NCBI GenBank assembly: GCA_963735595.1
Contig: CAVTLK010000002.1
Location: 320,001 to 384,000 of the forward strand
Reading direction: 5' to 3'
DNA: 64,000 nt
Origin: an uncultured delta proteobacterium
GTDB lineage: Bacteria > Desulfobacterota > Zymogenia > Zymogenales > Zymogenaceae
In this document: positions 33,448-42,867 of the stretch, in pieces
Numbering within the stretch: the stretch's first letter is position 1
Layout of the letters: each line of letters begins with the position of its first letter
Made by a program: the position numbers and the translations under genes
Notes under the pieces: model-generated
Seen by the model: only the letters and a program-made list of their open reading frames with translations
Told to the model about the DNA's origin: nothing
Database searches by the model: none

Positions 33448-34488
33448 CTACTGTTCCTTGAGCAGACCTGCGACAAAAGATGGCATGGCGTGATCGTCCA
33501 TGACGTGTTGTGCTATCCCCTGCCGTGATATCTCTTCGTTTGAATCGGGCAGAAAATAGCCGGATCGATCCTCCATGACTGTCACCCCTCCGCGATCATT
33601 GACGGCCGAAAACCCGGATACGCCGTCATGTCTTACTCCGGCGAATAATATACCAACGGTCCCGGCGCCGAAGGTCTCGGAGCCGGATATCATCATCGCG
33701 TCTATCGGGTTTCCGCCCGACGGCCCGAGCTCCATGAAGACGCTATTATTAGTATTGCGAGTGAACGTAAGATACCGATCGAGGGAATTGATATATACTG
33801 TAGCGGCCTCGATCTCAATGCCGTTTCTGGCGCTCTTCACGGCCAATGGGGCCACGGCGTCAAACTTTTCCACGAATGAGTCTATGATAACCGGAGAGAT
33901 ATCCTGCGTTACGATAATGGGAAAGGGGAGGTTTTTCGGAAGCCTGCAGATAAGGCGAATGATGCTGTTTGGACCTCCCAGCGACGTTCCGATGACAAGG
34001 ATCTTATTGTGCGTCCACGCGGGGGCGGCCGTGCGTCTACCGCCTTTTCTGTGAAGGATTCGGGCCCGCCTGATCATATTAATATCGGCGGTCGATGCGA
34101 TCTTGACCCTGTTGATAAGATCCTCCTTCTGCACCTCGATATCCCGCGAGATCGATCCCGACGGCTTAGGCAGGAAGTCCACCGCGCCGAGGCGAAGCGC
34201 CTCGAAGGTTATGTCACCCTGGTGGGTAAGGGCGCTCACGATGACGACCGGCGTTGGAACGTGGATCATTATATGTCTGAGTGCGCGGATCCCGTCCATC
34301 TCGGGCATATCGATATCGAGTGTTACTACATCCGGTCGCAACCTCTTTATCTCCCGTATGCCGTCGATTCCCGTCCTTCCGTATCCAACCACTTCGATCT
34401 GAGGATCAGTCTGGAGGATCTTCGTGATGGCTTTTCTCATGTACTCGGCGTCGTCAATGACGACCGCCCTGATTCGCTTTCCTTCCAT
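33448..34488 (-). CDS. REC-CheB-like protein; catalytic His missing
   Basis: REC (IDDA..TLDIDMP..KP), GTSLGG, VTQDIS in place of VQHMP, FAGVRHDG. Confidence 0.85.
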   Translation of the reverse strand: MEGKRIRAVVIDDAEYMRKAITKILQTDPQIEVVGYGRTGIDGIREIKRLRPDVVTLDIDMPEMDGIRALRHIMIHVPTPVVIVSALTHQGDITFEALRLGAVDFLPKPSGSISRDIEVQKEDLINRVKIASTADINMIRRARILHRKGGRRTAAPAWTHNKILVIGTSLGGPNSIIRLICRLPKNLPFPIIVTQDISPVIIDSFVEKFDAVAPLAVKSARNGIEIEAATVYINSLDRYLTFTRNTNNSVFMELGPSGGNPIDAMMISGSETFGAGTVGILFAGVRHDGVSGFSAVNDRGGVTVMEDRSGYFLPDSNEEISRQGIAQHVMDDHAMPSFVAGLLKEQ

Positions 34489-34888
34489 TCGGGCGGATAT
34501 CCTCGTTTTCGTTTAGAGTCTTGGCGATAAGCTCGGAGAGGCTTTCCATCAAAAACGGCTTTTGAAGGTAGCCAAAGAGGCCTTCCCGATCGAGAGACTT
34601 CTTAGCCCCTTTATCGAGATTATTGGAGAGAAGGACTATCTTCGCGGTCGGCTTTATCCTTCTTACCTCCAGAAAAAAGTTCACGCCACCCATACCCGGC
34701 AGCACTGAATCGGTAATAATAAGGGAGAATTCCTGTTTGCCAAGCAATTGAAGGGCGGTTTCGCCGCTGTTGGCCAGTTCGATATGTATTTCGGGGAAAA
34801 CCCCGACGATATTCCTTTTAAGGAACTGCGAGTATGTGTTTTCTTCATTGACAAGCAGAAGCGCCGCGCCCTTTTTTATTTTTGCCAT
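34454..34888 (-). CDS. Single-domain response regulator (atypical acidic pocket)
   Basis: LLVNEE..LIITDSVLPG..QKPF; first gene of the chemosensory operon. Confidence 0.8.
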   Translation of the reverse strand: MAKIKKGAALLLVNEENTYSQFLKRNIVGVFPEIHIELANSGETALQLLGKQEFSLIITDSVLPGMGGVNFFLEVRRIKPTAKIVLLSNNLDKGAKKSLDREGLFGYLQKPFLMESLSELIAKTLNENEDIRPNGRKANQGGRH

Positions 34889-34942
34889 AACCGGTTGCTC
34901 ACAAGGGTAAGAAGGCCATTGGTTTTACACAATGCATACATT

Positions 34943-34958
34943 AGCAAGTTACGTGCCA
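34943..34958 (-). promoter_or_regulatory. Sigma-54 (-24/-12) promoter of the chemosensory operon
   Basis: Minus strand TGGCAC-GTAAC-TTGCT is an exact match to TGGCAC-N5-TTGCW, about 55 nt upstream of the first gene. Confidence 0.85.
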
Positions 34959-35518
34959 GTGTTAAAATATTTTGCAGTTAGCGGGGGCATACACGTGCCG
35001 GCATTGCTTAATGGTATCAATACGTTACCTTAGATCAACGATCCACCGGTGAATAAGAATAAAACTGTATAGTAATAGTGAAGATTATTTTGCGCCTGAC
35101 GGCGGGCGGTATTATTGGCTCCGACATTTATCTCGTAATAACAATATGTTAGAGACGGTTGCGAATGGTTTGTGTGATTGCGTATTATTTTGCGGTGATA
35201 AATATTTTGCACTCAATACCTTTTCCCGACGTCGTCCGGCCCTCATTGCCGGCCTATTCTACGTGGGATATGACAAAACCCTGTTTTGGGCAGCAGCCCG
35301 ATATTGATTGTCGTTCCGGTTGCCCCTTCTTGGGCAGGGTTGGATTTCTCCGGGACCATATACGATTTGTATGGGCAAGCTCATTGATCGGGGGATTCTT
35401 TATGCTATAATCGCAAAGCGGTAAAGGGGGGGCTTTTATCGATATAGGTCGAGACTATCAAGCGGACCGTAATCCTAACGGCTAATCAACTGCGTCCGGA
35501 ATTTAGAAAGGAGTTCCC

Positions 35519-35656
35519 ATGAGAATACTAAACCTGGGGGCAGGTGGATTCATCGGATCTCATTTAACCCAACGGCTCCTGGATCGCGGCCATACCGTCA
35601 TCGGAGTCGATACCCATTCCGATAAACTGGCCGAATTTTTCGGCCACGATAAATAA
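35519..35656 (+). pseudogene. Truncated NAD-dependent epimerase/dehydratase (45-aa N-terminal fragment)
   Basis: AGGAG RBS, then MRILNLGAGGFIGSHLTQRLLDRGHTVIGVD..., stopping next to the 3' end of the convergent gene. Confidence 0.75.
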
Positions 35657-35667
35657 GGCCTGTTTCT

Positions 35668-37116
35668 TCACCACCACCGTGCTCTGAGGCGTAAAAAAGC
35701 CCGGTAGGCGGCTCTCAGCAGCAAATTCCTTATACTTACCTGACGTTCCGTCCAAACGGCCCATTCGTCGCTTTCGATAGAAAACGTATCAACTAAATCA
35801 TGAGGCCTTAGACCGTTGTCACCCAGCGTATTGAGAATACCGTGAAGCCTGCCCCCGGAGTGGAATTTCTCGTAGTGCGTACGGCCCGAAAGGCCGGCTT
35901 GTTCGAGATCGGCGGGGGTTAATGAAACGCAATAATTCAGCAGCTCGTCCGGCCATCGCCAGCTGAAAGCGCCGGGGCAGGCGAGGTCAATCCCGCTGTG
36001 GATTCGTGAAGAGATACGCCTATGCAGGGCCACCGGTATACCCGCCCCCATTGCCTCAATCAGCGTCAACGCTCCTCCGTACGGAAAAGAGGCAATATAC
36101 AGGTCAACCCGATGATGATGAAGGGCCTTCCAGACACTGGGCACCCAAGGCGAGTAGATGAATCGATCGGGCCGAATGCCGTAACGCTTCAGTCCGCGAC
36201 GAATCCTGAAAAGAGCCCATGGCGTCAATAACCCGATGTGAATATGCTTTCCCCCGGTGGCCTTTAAGAGGTTCGGAACTAAATCAAGATAGCTGATAAA
36301 ATAGGGAACCTCGATCTTATTTAACCGCGCCGCCGTGCAGGTGGTGAGCGTCCCTTCAGATAAAAACGGCGGATCAACGGGCCGTGCCCCCCTATCCTCG
36401 ACGGTAAACGGAACGTAGGTGTTCTCTATACCCAGCACGTTTCGACAGTTATGGTATACCACCGGGTGCGGGTCGATGTGCCTGAGGTGAGATAAATATA
36501 CCCCCAAACATAGATGATGATCTCCGTGATGATAGAAGCAGGCATCGAGTTTCATCTCGGGTTGTATGGCGGCAACGGCAACGCTGTCTTGATGATGGTT
36601 GAACAGGTATACTCTATTGGGGCGGATTCTTAACAGGCGTTCCTGCAGCCATGTCAGCCGCTGCCGGTAGCTTACCTTCGGTGCCCGCTCAAAGACGACA
36701 GAGGCCTGCCCGGCCAATCCCTTCATCACGTAGTTGACATCAGATCTTCCAGCCATCTCGGTCGACAGGATGATGTGCCGGCCGGCCGGTTGTGCCCCGA
36801 TGAAATCCTCGATAACGCGCGTGTGCCCCCCCGATTTTTGAAGCCGGGTGACAATGTAAACAAAGACCGGCCGATCCGAATGATCGTGTCCCGTGTCGTC
36901 AATCCCTTGCCTGATTTGTTCGAGGCTGGCTTTCCCGATACGTCGGCACAGGTCATCGAGCGACTTGGAGCCGAAAACCTGTGTGGTGCACAAAGGCTCG
37001 GTAATGATTTGCTCCACAATATCGTGGATTGACCGCAATGATTTATCAATCTCGCCCGCGTCAATCAGACGAGATACGTCTTGTCTGAAAGAGTACAGGC
37101 TTTTATATCTTCTCAT
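35668..37116 (-). CDS. Putative GT-B glycosyltransferase-like protein
   Basis: SGGHTRVI and DLYIASFPYGGALTLIEAMGAGIPV resemble GT-B nucleotide-sugar binding motifs; last gene of a sugar cluster. Confidence 0.6.
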   Translation of the reverse strand: MRRYKSLYSFRQDVSRLIDAGEIDKSLRSIHDIVEQIITEPLCTTQVFGSKSLDDLCRRIGKASLEQIRQGIDDTGHDHSDRPVFVYIVTRLQKSGGHTRVIEDFIGAQPAGRHIILSTEMAGRSDVNYVMKGLAGQASVVFERAPKVSYRQRLTWLQERLLRIRPNRVYLFNHHQDSVAVAAIQPEMKLDACFYHHGDHHLCLGVYLSHLRHIDPHPVVYHNCRNVLGIENTYVPFTVEDRGARPVDPPFLSEGTLTTCTAARLNKIEVPYFISYLDLVPNLLKATGGKHIHIGLLTPWALFRIRRGLKRYGIRPDRFIYSPWVPSVWKALHHHRVDLYIASFPYGGALTLIEAMGAGIPVALHRRISSRIHSGIDLACPGAFSWRWPDELLNYCVSLTPADLEQAGLSGRTHYEKFHSGGRLHGILNTLGDNGLRPHDLVDTFSIESDEWAVWTERQVSIRNLLLRAAYRAFLRLRARWW

Positions 37117-37128
37117 GTCTGCTAAGGG

Positions 37129-37779
37129 TCATGTTTGCTTTGTTTTAGTCAATTCCCTTGCCGGATTACCGGCCACCGTCGTTTCCGGCAATACGTCCCT
37201 GGTTACGACCGCACCCGCTCCAACGACACTTCCGGCGCCAATCGTTCGGGTCTTCATTACGGTCGCGCCCGCGCCTATAAGACATCCCCGTTTAAGCGTG
37301 GCGTGGCCGCCGATGACGGCGCCGGGGCCGATAAAGACGTAGTCCTCAATAGTCACATCATGGCTTATCACTGCGTGAAGCCGTGCCGCTATAAAATCGC
37401 CGATTTTAGCGTTGCTCCCGACTATGCAACCATCCGGAAATATACAGCCCCTGCCGATTTCTACGTAATTCATGTCGATAGACGGGTGAATTAAATCCGC
37501 GATTCTACAACCGTGAGAATCGAGCAGGTCAGCGACAAGCTTCGTTCTTGTCCAGTGCCCGTGCACGTTGTTATAAAAAAAGACGGTATCGTCTTGTGCC
37601 AAACCGGGGATTAATTCACGGGTGCCCAGGACCTGGTAGCCGAAAAAGGATTTACCCTGGAGGTCCTTTGTATCGTCAATAAAGCCTAAGAGATCCCAGG
37701 TGGGGGAAGGTCTGTTGATTGCGTCGATCAACTTGATCAAATCAACGTACGCGGCTCCATAGATGATCAGCTTCTTCAT
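37129..37779 (-). CDS. Sugar O/N-acetyltransferase, NeuD/PglD family
   Basis: IIYGA..GFIDD N-domain, hexapeptide repeats, ISHD, GAGAVVT..GNPAR. Confidence 0.88.
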   Translation of the reverse strand: MKKLIIYGAAYVDLIKLIDAINRPSPTWDLLGFIDDTKDLQGKSFFGYQVLGTRELIPGLAQDDTVFFYNNVHGHWTRTKLVADLLDSHGCRIADLIHPSIDMNYVEIGRGCIFPDGCIVGSNAKIGDFIAARLHAVISHDVTIEDYVFIGPGAVIGGHATLKRGCLIGAGATVMKTRTIGAGSVVGAGAVVTRDVLPETTVAGNPARELTKTKQT

Positions 37780-37882
37780 TGGACATCCTGTCTATACACG
37801 AGTATCCGGTACCGTTTCGACAATTCGCGGCATATCGGGGCGGAAACTGTTCCGGCGTGAAATATCACCGTCGGCCGCTTTT

Positions 37883-38749
37883 CTATTTCCTCACACCGTA
37901 GCGGCCACTATTTCCCGGCTCCAGAAGCAAGATATCGCGGAGCTCCCGCGCCGTCATGAGTTCACGTCCATTCGCTTCGCGTAATACGTGTATCCTCTTT
38001 ATTAGATCTATATTACGGGCAAGCGTGGTTCGTTCCTGGTCAAACCAGACGTTGTCTTCCAGCCCGACCCGTACGCCTCCGCCAATCGCAATGGCAACGG
38101 AGTTCATCTTAAGCTGGTAATCCCCAATCGCGCCAACACTCCAGAGAGATTCCGGAGGGAGATCGTTGATCATGACCCCCAGGTGAAGCAAATCGGGCTG
38201 GGCACAGGCGATGTTTCCCATAATAAGATTAAAATAGAAAGGGGGATCAAGAAACCCTTTCTTATGGAGGTACTTGGCATAATTAATCATGCCGGCATCG
38301 AACGCCTCCAGTTCGGGCCGTATTCCGCGCTCCAGCATCCGTTGCGCCAGGTTCTGTATGACTTCCGGCTCGTTGATACTCGATCTTTTATTAAAATTAA
38401 GTGAGCTCAACGTGAGGCTTCCCATATCAGGCTTGAGGCGACCGTCCAACTCGAGCGGGGTCGCGCGTAATTCGAATTCCGGAGTATTGCGTCCGCTCAG
38501 GGATACGCACACTATCAATTCGGGAGCAAACGACCGTATCCACTCAATTATCTCCGCGAAAACTTCCTTTGTATGGATTGATTCACCTGTCAAAGGGTCC
38601 CGGGTATGCAGATGCAGCATTGTTATACCTTCATCCCAGGCGGCATGAACTTCTTCAACGATTTCGGATACGCTCAGCGGAACGTAGGGGGTCATTTCCT
38701 TTGTTGGAATCATTCCTGTCGGAGCGAAGTTTATGATTAGTTTATTCAA
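37883..38749 (-). CDS. Beta-keto acid cleavage enzyme (BKACE / Kce family)
   Basis: INFAPTG, HLHTRD (HxH), DMGSL..SLNF, PELEAFD, RVGLEDN. Confidence 0.9.
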   Translation of the reverse strand: MNKLIINFAPTGMIPTKEMTPYVPLSVSEIVEEVHAAWDEGITMLHLHTRDPLTGESIHTKEVFAEIIEWIRSFAPELIVCVSLSGRNTPEFELRATPLELDGRLKPDMGSLTLSSLNFNKRSSINEPEVIQNLAQRMLERGIRPELEAFDAGMINYAKYLHKKGFLDPPFYFNLIMGNIACAQPDLLHLGVMINDLPPESLWSVGAIGDYQLKMNSVAIAIGGGVRVGLEDNVWFDQERTTLARNIDLIKRIHVLREANGRELMTARELRDILLLEPGNSGRYGVRK

Positions 38750-38872
38750 TCTTCACGTCCTAAATACGTCTTCACGTTATTCATACGTAATTCTTTGCCT
38801 GCTGTAGGACCCAGGGGAAAACTGAAATCGTTCCCTATACATACGGCGAAACGATGATTGGTCAGTTCCTTC

Positions 38873-39823
38873 TCAATTAGTCAAATCCAATTCGTAGAAT
38901 TCGTATGCAACTCCTCCCCCACCAAACTTAGTCTTAAAGCGGTAGAGACCGTCGTTTAAAACCGTGTCCCCTTTTTCATTGCTGGTCCCCAAGTCGAAAT
39001 ACCGCGCGCCGTTCTCTTTTGCCTCCTCTATCGCCGATTCTAAAACGGCGAGGAGCGCCCGTACCTGATAACCGTGTTCGCTCGATGCTATATATTGCGT
39101 GTGCCAAGCCTGCGGGGAATTGAAAAGCACGATGCCTGCCTCCACTTTTCCATCCAGGAGAGCGCAGCGAATACGGATTTCGTCCGGCAATAGTTTTTGC
39201 AGCACCGCAATCTCTTCACGAGAATGCGTTGGCTTGGCACCATACTTACGCTCAAGATTATCTTCGAGCACCGTCCACAATTCACCGAGCAGAGAAATAT
39301 CATTGGAGATTGTAACGATTTTCTGCGCCTTGCGCAATCCTCTACATAACCGTTCGGTCGTCTGGCGACGGTTTTCAAGATCGATCGAGGAAGACAGGTA
39401 GGTATGAGTTTTACGTGCGCCCAGTCCGGCCAGGGCGTAAATATCATCCTGGGCGGGAACGAGCATATAAATATGCGGCACCGCCTTATACAGCAGGGTA
39501 TGAAAACCCCGGCTCGAGTAATGAGAGCGCAGGGCCGATAGCGCCTCGATCATTCGCGTCCCTCTCAGCCGTCCGTGATGCACGATACCGCCATACGTCG
39601 CGCCGGGATGGCTGACGACGAGTTTCTGATCATCCATTGCAATCGCCGCGGGAAACACCCCGACGATACGCGCTGCCTCCAGGAGGAGTGACGATGCATC
39701 GGTGAAGCGGCCGCGGTGATAATTGAGAAAGCGCCGCGAATGCAAAAAAGTACCGTTGACGGCGCCCGCGCACCACGCATCCCACTTTTCCTCATGTTCG
39801 GCGGAGAAGTCGACGACTCTCAC
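38873..39823 (-). CDS. GNAT/FemAB-like acyltransferase
   Basis: NGTFLHSR.FL.YH, SHPGATYGG, HTQYIA, YFDLGTS..GLYRFK..FGG. Confidence 0.8.
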   Translation of the reverse strand: MRVVDFSAEHEEKWDAWCAGAVNGTFLHSRRFLNYHRGRFTDASSLLLEAARIVGVFPAAIAMDDQKLVVSHPGATYGGIVHHGRLRGTRMIEALSALRSHYSSRGFHTLLYKAVPHIYMLVPAQDDIYALAGLGARKTHTYLSSSIDLENRRQTTERLCRGLRKAQKIVTISNDISLLGELWTVLEDNLERKYGAKPTHSREEIAVLQKLLPDEIRIRCALLDGKVEAGIVLFNSPQAWHTQYIASSEHGYQVRALLAVLESAIEEAKENGARYFDLGTSNEKGDTVLNDGLYRFKTKFGGGGVAYEFYELDLTN

Positions 39824-40935
39824 GGCCTACCTTCTATAGATCGCCGGAAGCGAAATATCGCGTCAGCAACGTACTCGATTTCCGATGCCTCCAGCGCCGG
39901 CGATATCGGAAGACTCAACACTTCCTCCGCGAACATCTCCGCAATGGGCAATTCGTATTCCCGGAAGTCCCTATAGCAGGCCTGGCGATGCGGAGGGACC
40001 GGATAGTGAATGCCGGTCGAAATCCCCTGTTGTTCCAGGTACTCTCTTAATGCATCGCGCCGTTTGCTGCGGATGACGTAAAGGTGCCACACGGGATCGG
40101 CGTGGTCCGGAACGAAAGGCAAGACGACGTCCGCGCCCGCCAACAGACTCGAATACTGAGCCGCGATTTCTCCGCGGCGTGTGTTCCATTCGTTCAGCAC
40201 AACCAGTTCTACCCGAAGGAATGCCGCCTGCATTTCGTCAAGCCTGCTGTTGTAACCGGCAAGGTCATGCCGGTACTTTACTTCAGAACCGTAGTTGCGG
40301 AGGAGCCTGACCTCTGCGGCGACCGCATCATCGTTCGTAAGCACGGCGCCGCCGTCCCCGAGCGCCCCCAGATTCTTGCTGGGGTAGAAGCTCGTGGCGG
40401 CCGCATGTCCCAGTGACCCTGCGCGGCGTCCTTTGTAGCGTGCGCCCTGGGCCTGAGCGGCATCTTCAATCACGATCAGGCCGCGCGCGGCTGCAAGCGC
40501 GTTGACGGGGTCCATGTCAGCTGCCTGGCCGTAGAGGTGTACGGGAATAATCGCCCGTGTTCGGCCGGTGACGGCGTCGCCGATAAGCGCCGGGTCAATG
40601 TTATGCGTGTCCACATTCGGTTCAACGGGAATCGGGGTTGCCCCGCACTCCGTAACGGCCAGCCAGGTAGCGATGCAGGTGTTCGAGGGTACAATTACCT
40701 CATCGCCGGGTCCGATCCGATAGGCGCGTAACAGAAGATGAAGCGCTTCGAGCCCGTTGCCGACGCCGATACAATGCTTTACTTCGCAATACCGGGCAAA
40801 TTCGGCCTCGAAGGCCCCCAGCTCGGGGCCCATGATGAAGCAGCCGGAATCCATGACCCGGCGGTAGGCGGCATCGAGATGCTCACGAATGGACCGATGA
40901 AGTCGGCCGAGATCAAGGAACGGAACCGGGTTCAT
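39820..40935 (-). CDS. fdtB: DegT/DnrJ family aminotransferase (FdtB/QdtB-like, dTDP-3-keto sugar)
   Basis: PVHLYGQ, IEDAAQAQG, SFYPSKNLGALGDGG, NSRLDE; adjacent to fdtA. Confidence 0.85.
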   Translation of the reverse strand: MNPVPFLDLGRLHRSIREHLDAAYRRVMDSGCFIMGPELGAFEAEFARYCEVKHCIGVGNGLEALHLLLRAYRIGPGDEVIVPSNTCIATWLAVTECGATPIPVEPNVDTHNIDPALIGDAVTGRTRAIIPVHLYGQAADMDPVNALAAARGLIVIEDAAQAQGARYKGRRAGSLGHAAATSFYPSKNLGALGDGGAVLTNDDAVAAEVRLLRNYGSEVKYRHDLAGYNSRLDEMQAAFLRVELVVLNEWNTRRGEIAAQYSSLLAGADVVLPFVPDHADPVWHLYVIRSKRRDALREYLEQQGISTGIHYPVPPHRQACYRDFREYELPIAEMFAEEVLSLPISPALEASEIEYVADAIFRFRRSIEGRP

Positions 40936-41345
40936 TTTCTCTTTCTCCGTGCGTCACCAGTGAATTGGCCGTAGTCCCGGTAGTAGTCAGACTCGTCGAA
41001 ATAGTCGGAGGCCAGCACGAGGCACACCGCACCGGAAGAGAAATTATCTATCTCACGCCAGATCATCGGGCAGACATAGAGGCCGTAATAGCTCCTGTTC
41101 ATACTGGCGGTTTTCTTCGAGTGCCCATCGTCGAGGTGGACGTCAAAAGAGCCTGACAGCGCGATAATAAACTCGTGCTGGGCCTTATGCGCGTGCCCGC
41201 CGCGCTCCGAACCGCCGGGTATATCGTACAGGTAGTATACGCGGCGGATATCGAAGGGGATATGACGTCCGGACTCGATGAACGTAAGGTTGCCTCGCGG
41301 ATTAGCTATTTCCGGCAGGTCGTAAAGGCTGCACCGATCAATCAT
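40932..41345 (-). CDS. fdtA: dTDP-4-keto-6-deoxyglucose 3,4-ketoisomerase (FdtA/QdtA/WxcM cupin)
   Basis: RGNLTFIE, RVYYLYD, RGGHAH, VCLVLAS..Y.RDY. Confidence 0.88.
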   Translation of the reverse strand: MIDRCSLYDLPEIANPRGNLTFIESGRHIPFDIRRVYYLYDIPGGSERGGHAHKAQHEFIIALSGSFDVHLDDGHSKKTASMNRSYYGLYVCPMIWREIDNFSSGAVCLVLASDYFDESDYYRDYGQFTGDARRKRK

Positions 41346-41650
41346 TCTTCATCACTATTAGTTAGGACCGAGAATCCGAGTCAGCGGGTTCTCTCATGAG
41401 AAACGCTTTTCACCGTGCAGTATAGCAAAAGACGGGCTTTTTTGCCACAATTACAGTTCCCTGCATTCAAAACGGACCTCCCGGGCGGCATCTTGCATTC
41501 AATGATCGACCCCCGAGCCCGTTACCAGTCCGAGGAGCTGTATCCGAATCGTCGGCCTCAAGACGCGGCCATACTATCGGGAACCCGTTCATTCTCCCTG
41601 TCGCCCGATGCAGATAGGGCGTGATTATTCCTTTTCTCGTTACCGGGTAT

Positions 41651-41679
41651 TTGACTAGTCAACGGGGCTGTGGTAAATT
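41651..41679 (+). promoter_or_regulatory. Sigma-70 promoter upstream of the PAS kinase
   Basis: TTGACT-N17-TAAATT with TG before the -10 element. Confidence 0.55.
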
Positions 41680-41775
41680 GTATAACATATATTTGCCTGA
41701 CATGACCATACGTCACGCCGAAAAAAGGGAAGTTCTTATCACTATCAATCGCATATCGACAAAACAAAAAACTCC

Positions 41776-42867
41776 ATGTACATCGAAGAATTGATCAAGG
41801 CGCGCAATGAAATCGCCGAGATGGAGGTCTTAGAGGCATCCATCCTGGAGGCGATACCTCACGCCGTCATCGGGTTGCAGGATAGAAGGATTATTTTTGT
41901 CAATCAGGGGGTCACGGCTGTATTCGGCTGGACATCGGATGAACTGACCGGCAGGAATACCCGTCTTCTGTACCGGACGGAAAAGGATTATGAAAGGATC
42001 GCCGGCAAACTCTATTCCGTTCTGGAAAAGCAGCCCATTGCCAGCATGGAGTTCCCCTGTGTACGGAAAGACGGTACGGAAATAGAATGCATGATCAACG
42101 CAGCGCGAATCGGTAAAAAATTAACAGAAAAACGAGTGGTTATTACCTATGAGGATATTACGGACCGGAAACGGGCAGTACAAGAACTTGAATTGTCACG
42201 ACAGCAGTTGCGCAAATTATCGGCGCACCTTGAATCAATACGGGAAAAGGAAAGAACCCGCATCGCACGTGAGCTGCACGATGAGTTAGGGCAGCTTCTG
42301 ACGGCAATGAATACGGACATCATCCTGCTGAAAAACAAGATCCCGGCTGGGCAGACGGTGCTGTCTGACAGAGTTGAGAGCCTCTCCTCCCTCGTTGATC
42401 TGACAATGAAGACCGTCAAGCAGATTTATATGGGGTTGCGTCCGGGCATGCTCGATCATCTCGGCCTGACAGCGGCTATCGCCTGGCAGGCAGAGGAATT
42501 TTCCAGACGCACCGGCATCGCCTGCAATGTATCCTTCAGTCCGGAAGATATGGTTGTCGATCCGGATTTAACGACGACTGTATTTCGCATTTTTCAAGAA
42601 ACCTTGACGAACGTGCAGCGTCACGCCGAGGCCACGAGAGTGACTGTCCGTCTGAAGGCAACCAACGACCGTCTCGAGTTTGTTGTCAAGGATAACGGCA
42701 AGGGCATCACGCATCGTCAGATGAAAAAACCCGATTCATTCGGTTTGCTGGGAATCAAGGAACGGGTCTATCACTGGGGAGGAAAGGAGGCCATCGTCGG
42801 GAAAAGCGGACGGGGCACTACCATAACGATCAGCATCCCCTTGCCAAAGACGGGAGAAAGATCATGA
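41776..42867 (+). CDS. Cytoplasmic PAS-domain histidine kinase (HisKA_3, UhpB/NarX type)
   Basis: PAS, ERTRIARELHDELGQ, RIFQETLTNVQRHA, DNGKG, GLLGIKER. Confidence 0.92.
   Translation: MYIEELIKARNEIAEMEVLEASILEAIPHAVIGLQDRRIIFVNQGVTAVFGWTSDELTGRNTRLLYRTEKDYERIAGKLYSVLEKQPIASMEFPCVRKDGTEIECMINAARIGKKLTEKRVVITYEDITDRKRAVQELELSRQQLRKLSAHLESIREKERTRIARELHDELGQLLTAMNTDIILLKNKIPAGQTVLSDRVESLSSLVDLTMKTVKQIYMGLRPGMLDHLGLTAAIAWQAEEFSRRTGIACNVSFSPEDMVVDPDLTTTVFRIFQETLTNVQRHAEATRVTVRLKATNDRLEFVVKDNGKGITHRQMKKPDSFGLLGIKERVYHWGGKEAIVGKSGRGTTITISIPLPKTGERS

Noticed and set aside
34960..35518. Riboswitch or small ORFs in the long intergenic region
   Set aside because: No recognisable aptamer consensus, and the short ORFs lack RBS and coding-like composition; probably regulatory DNA for divergent promoters.
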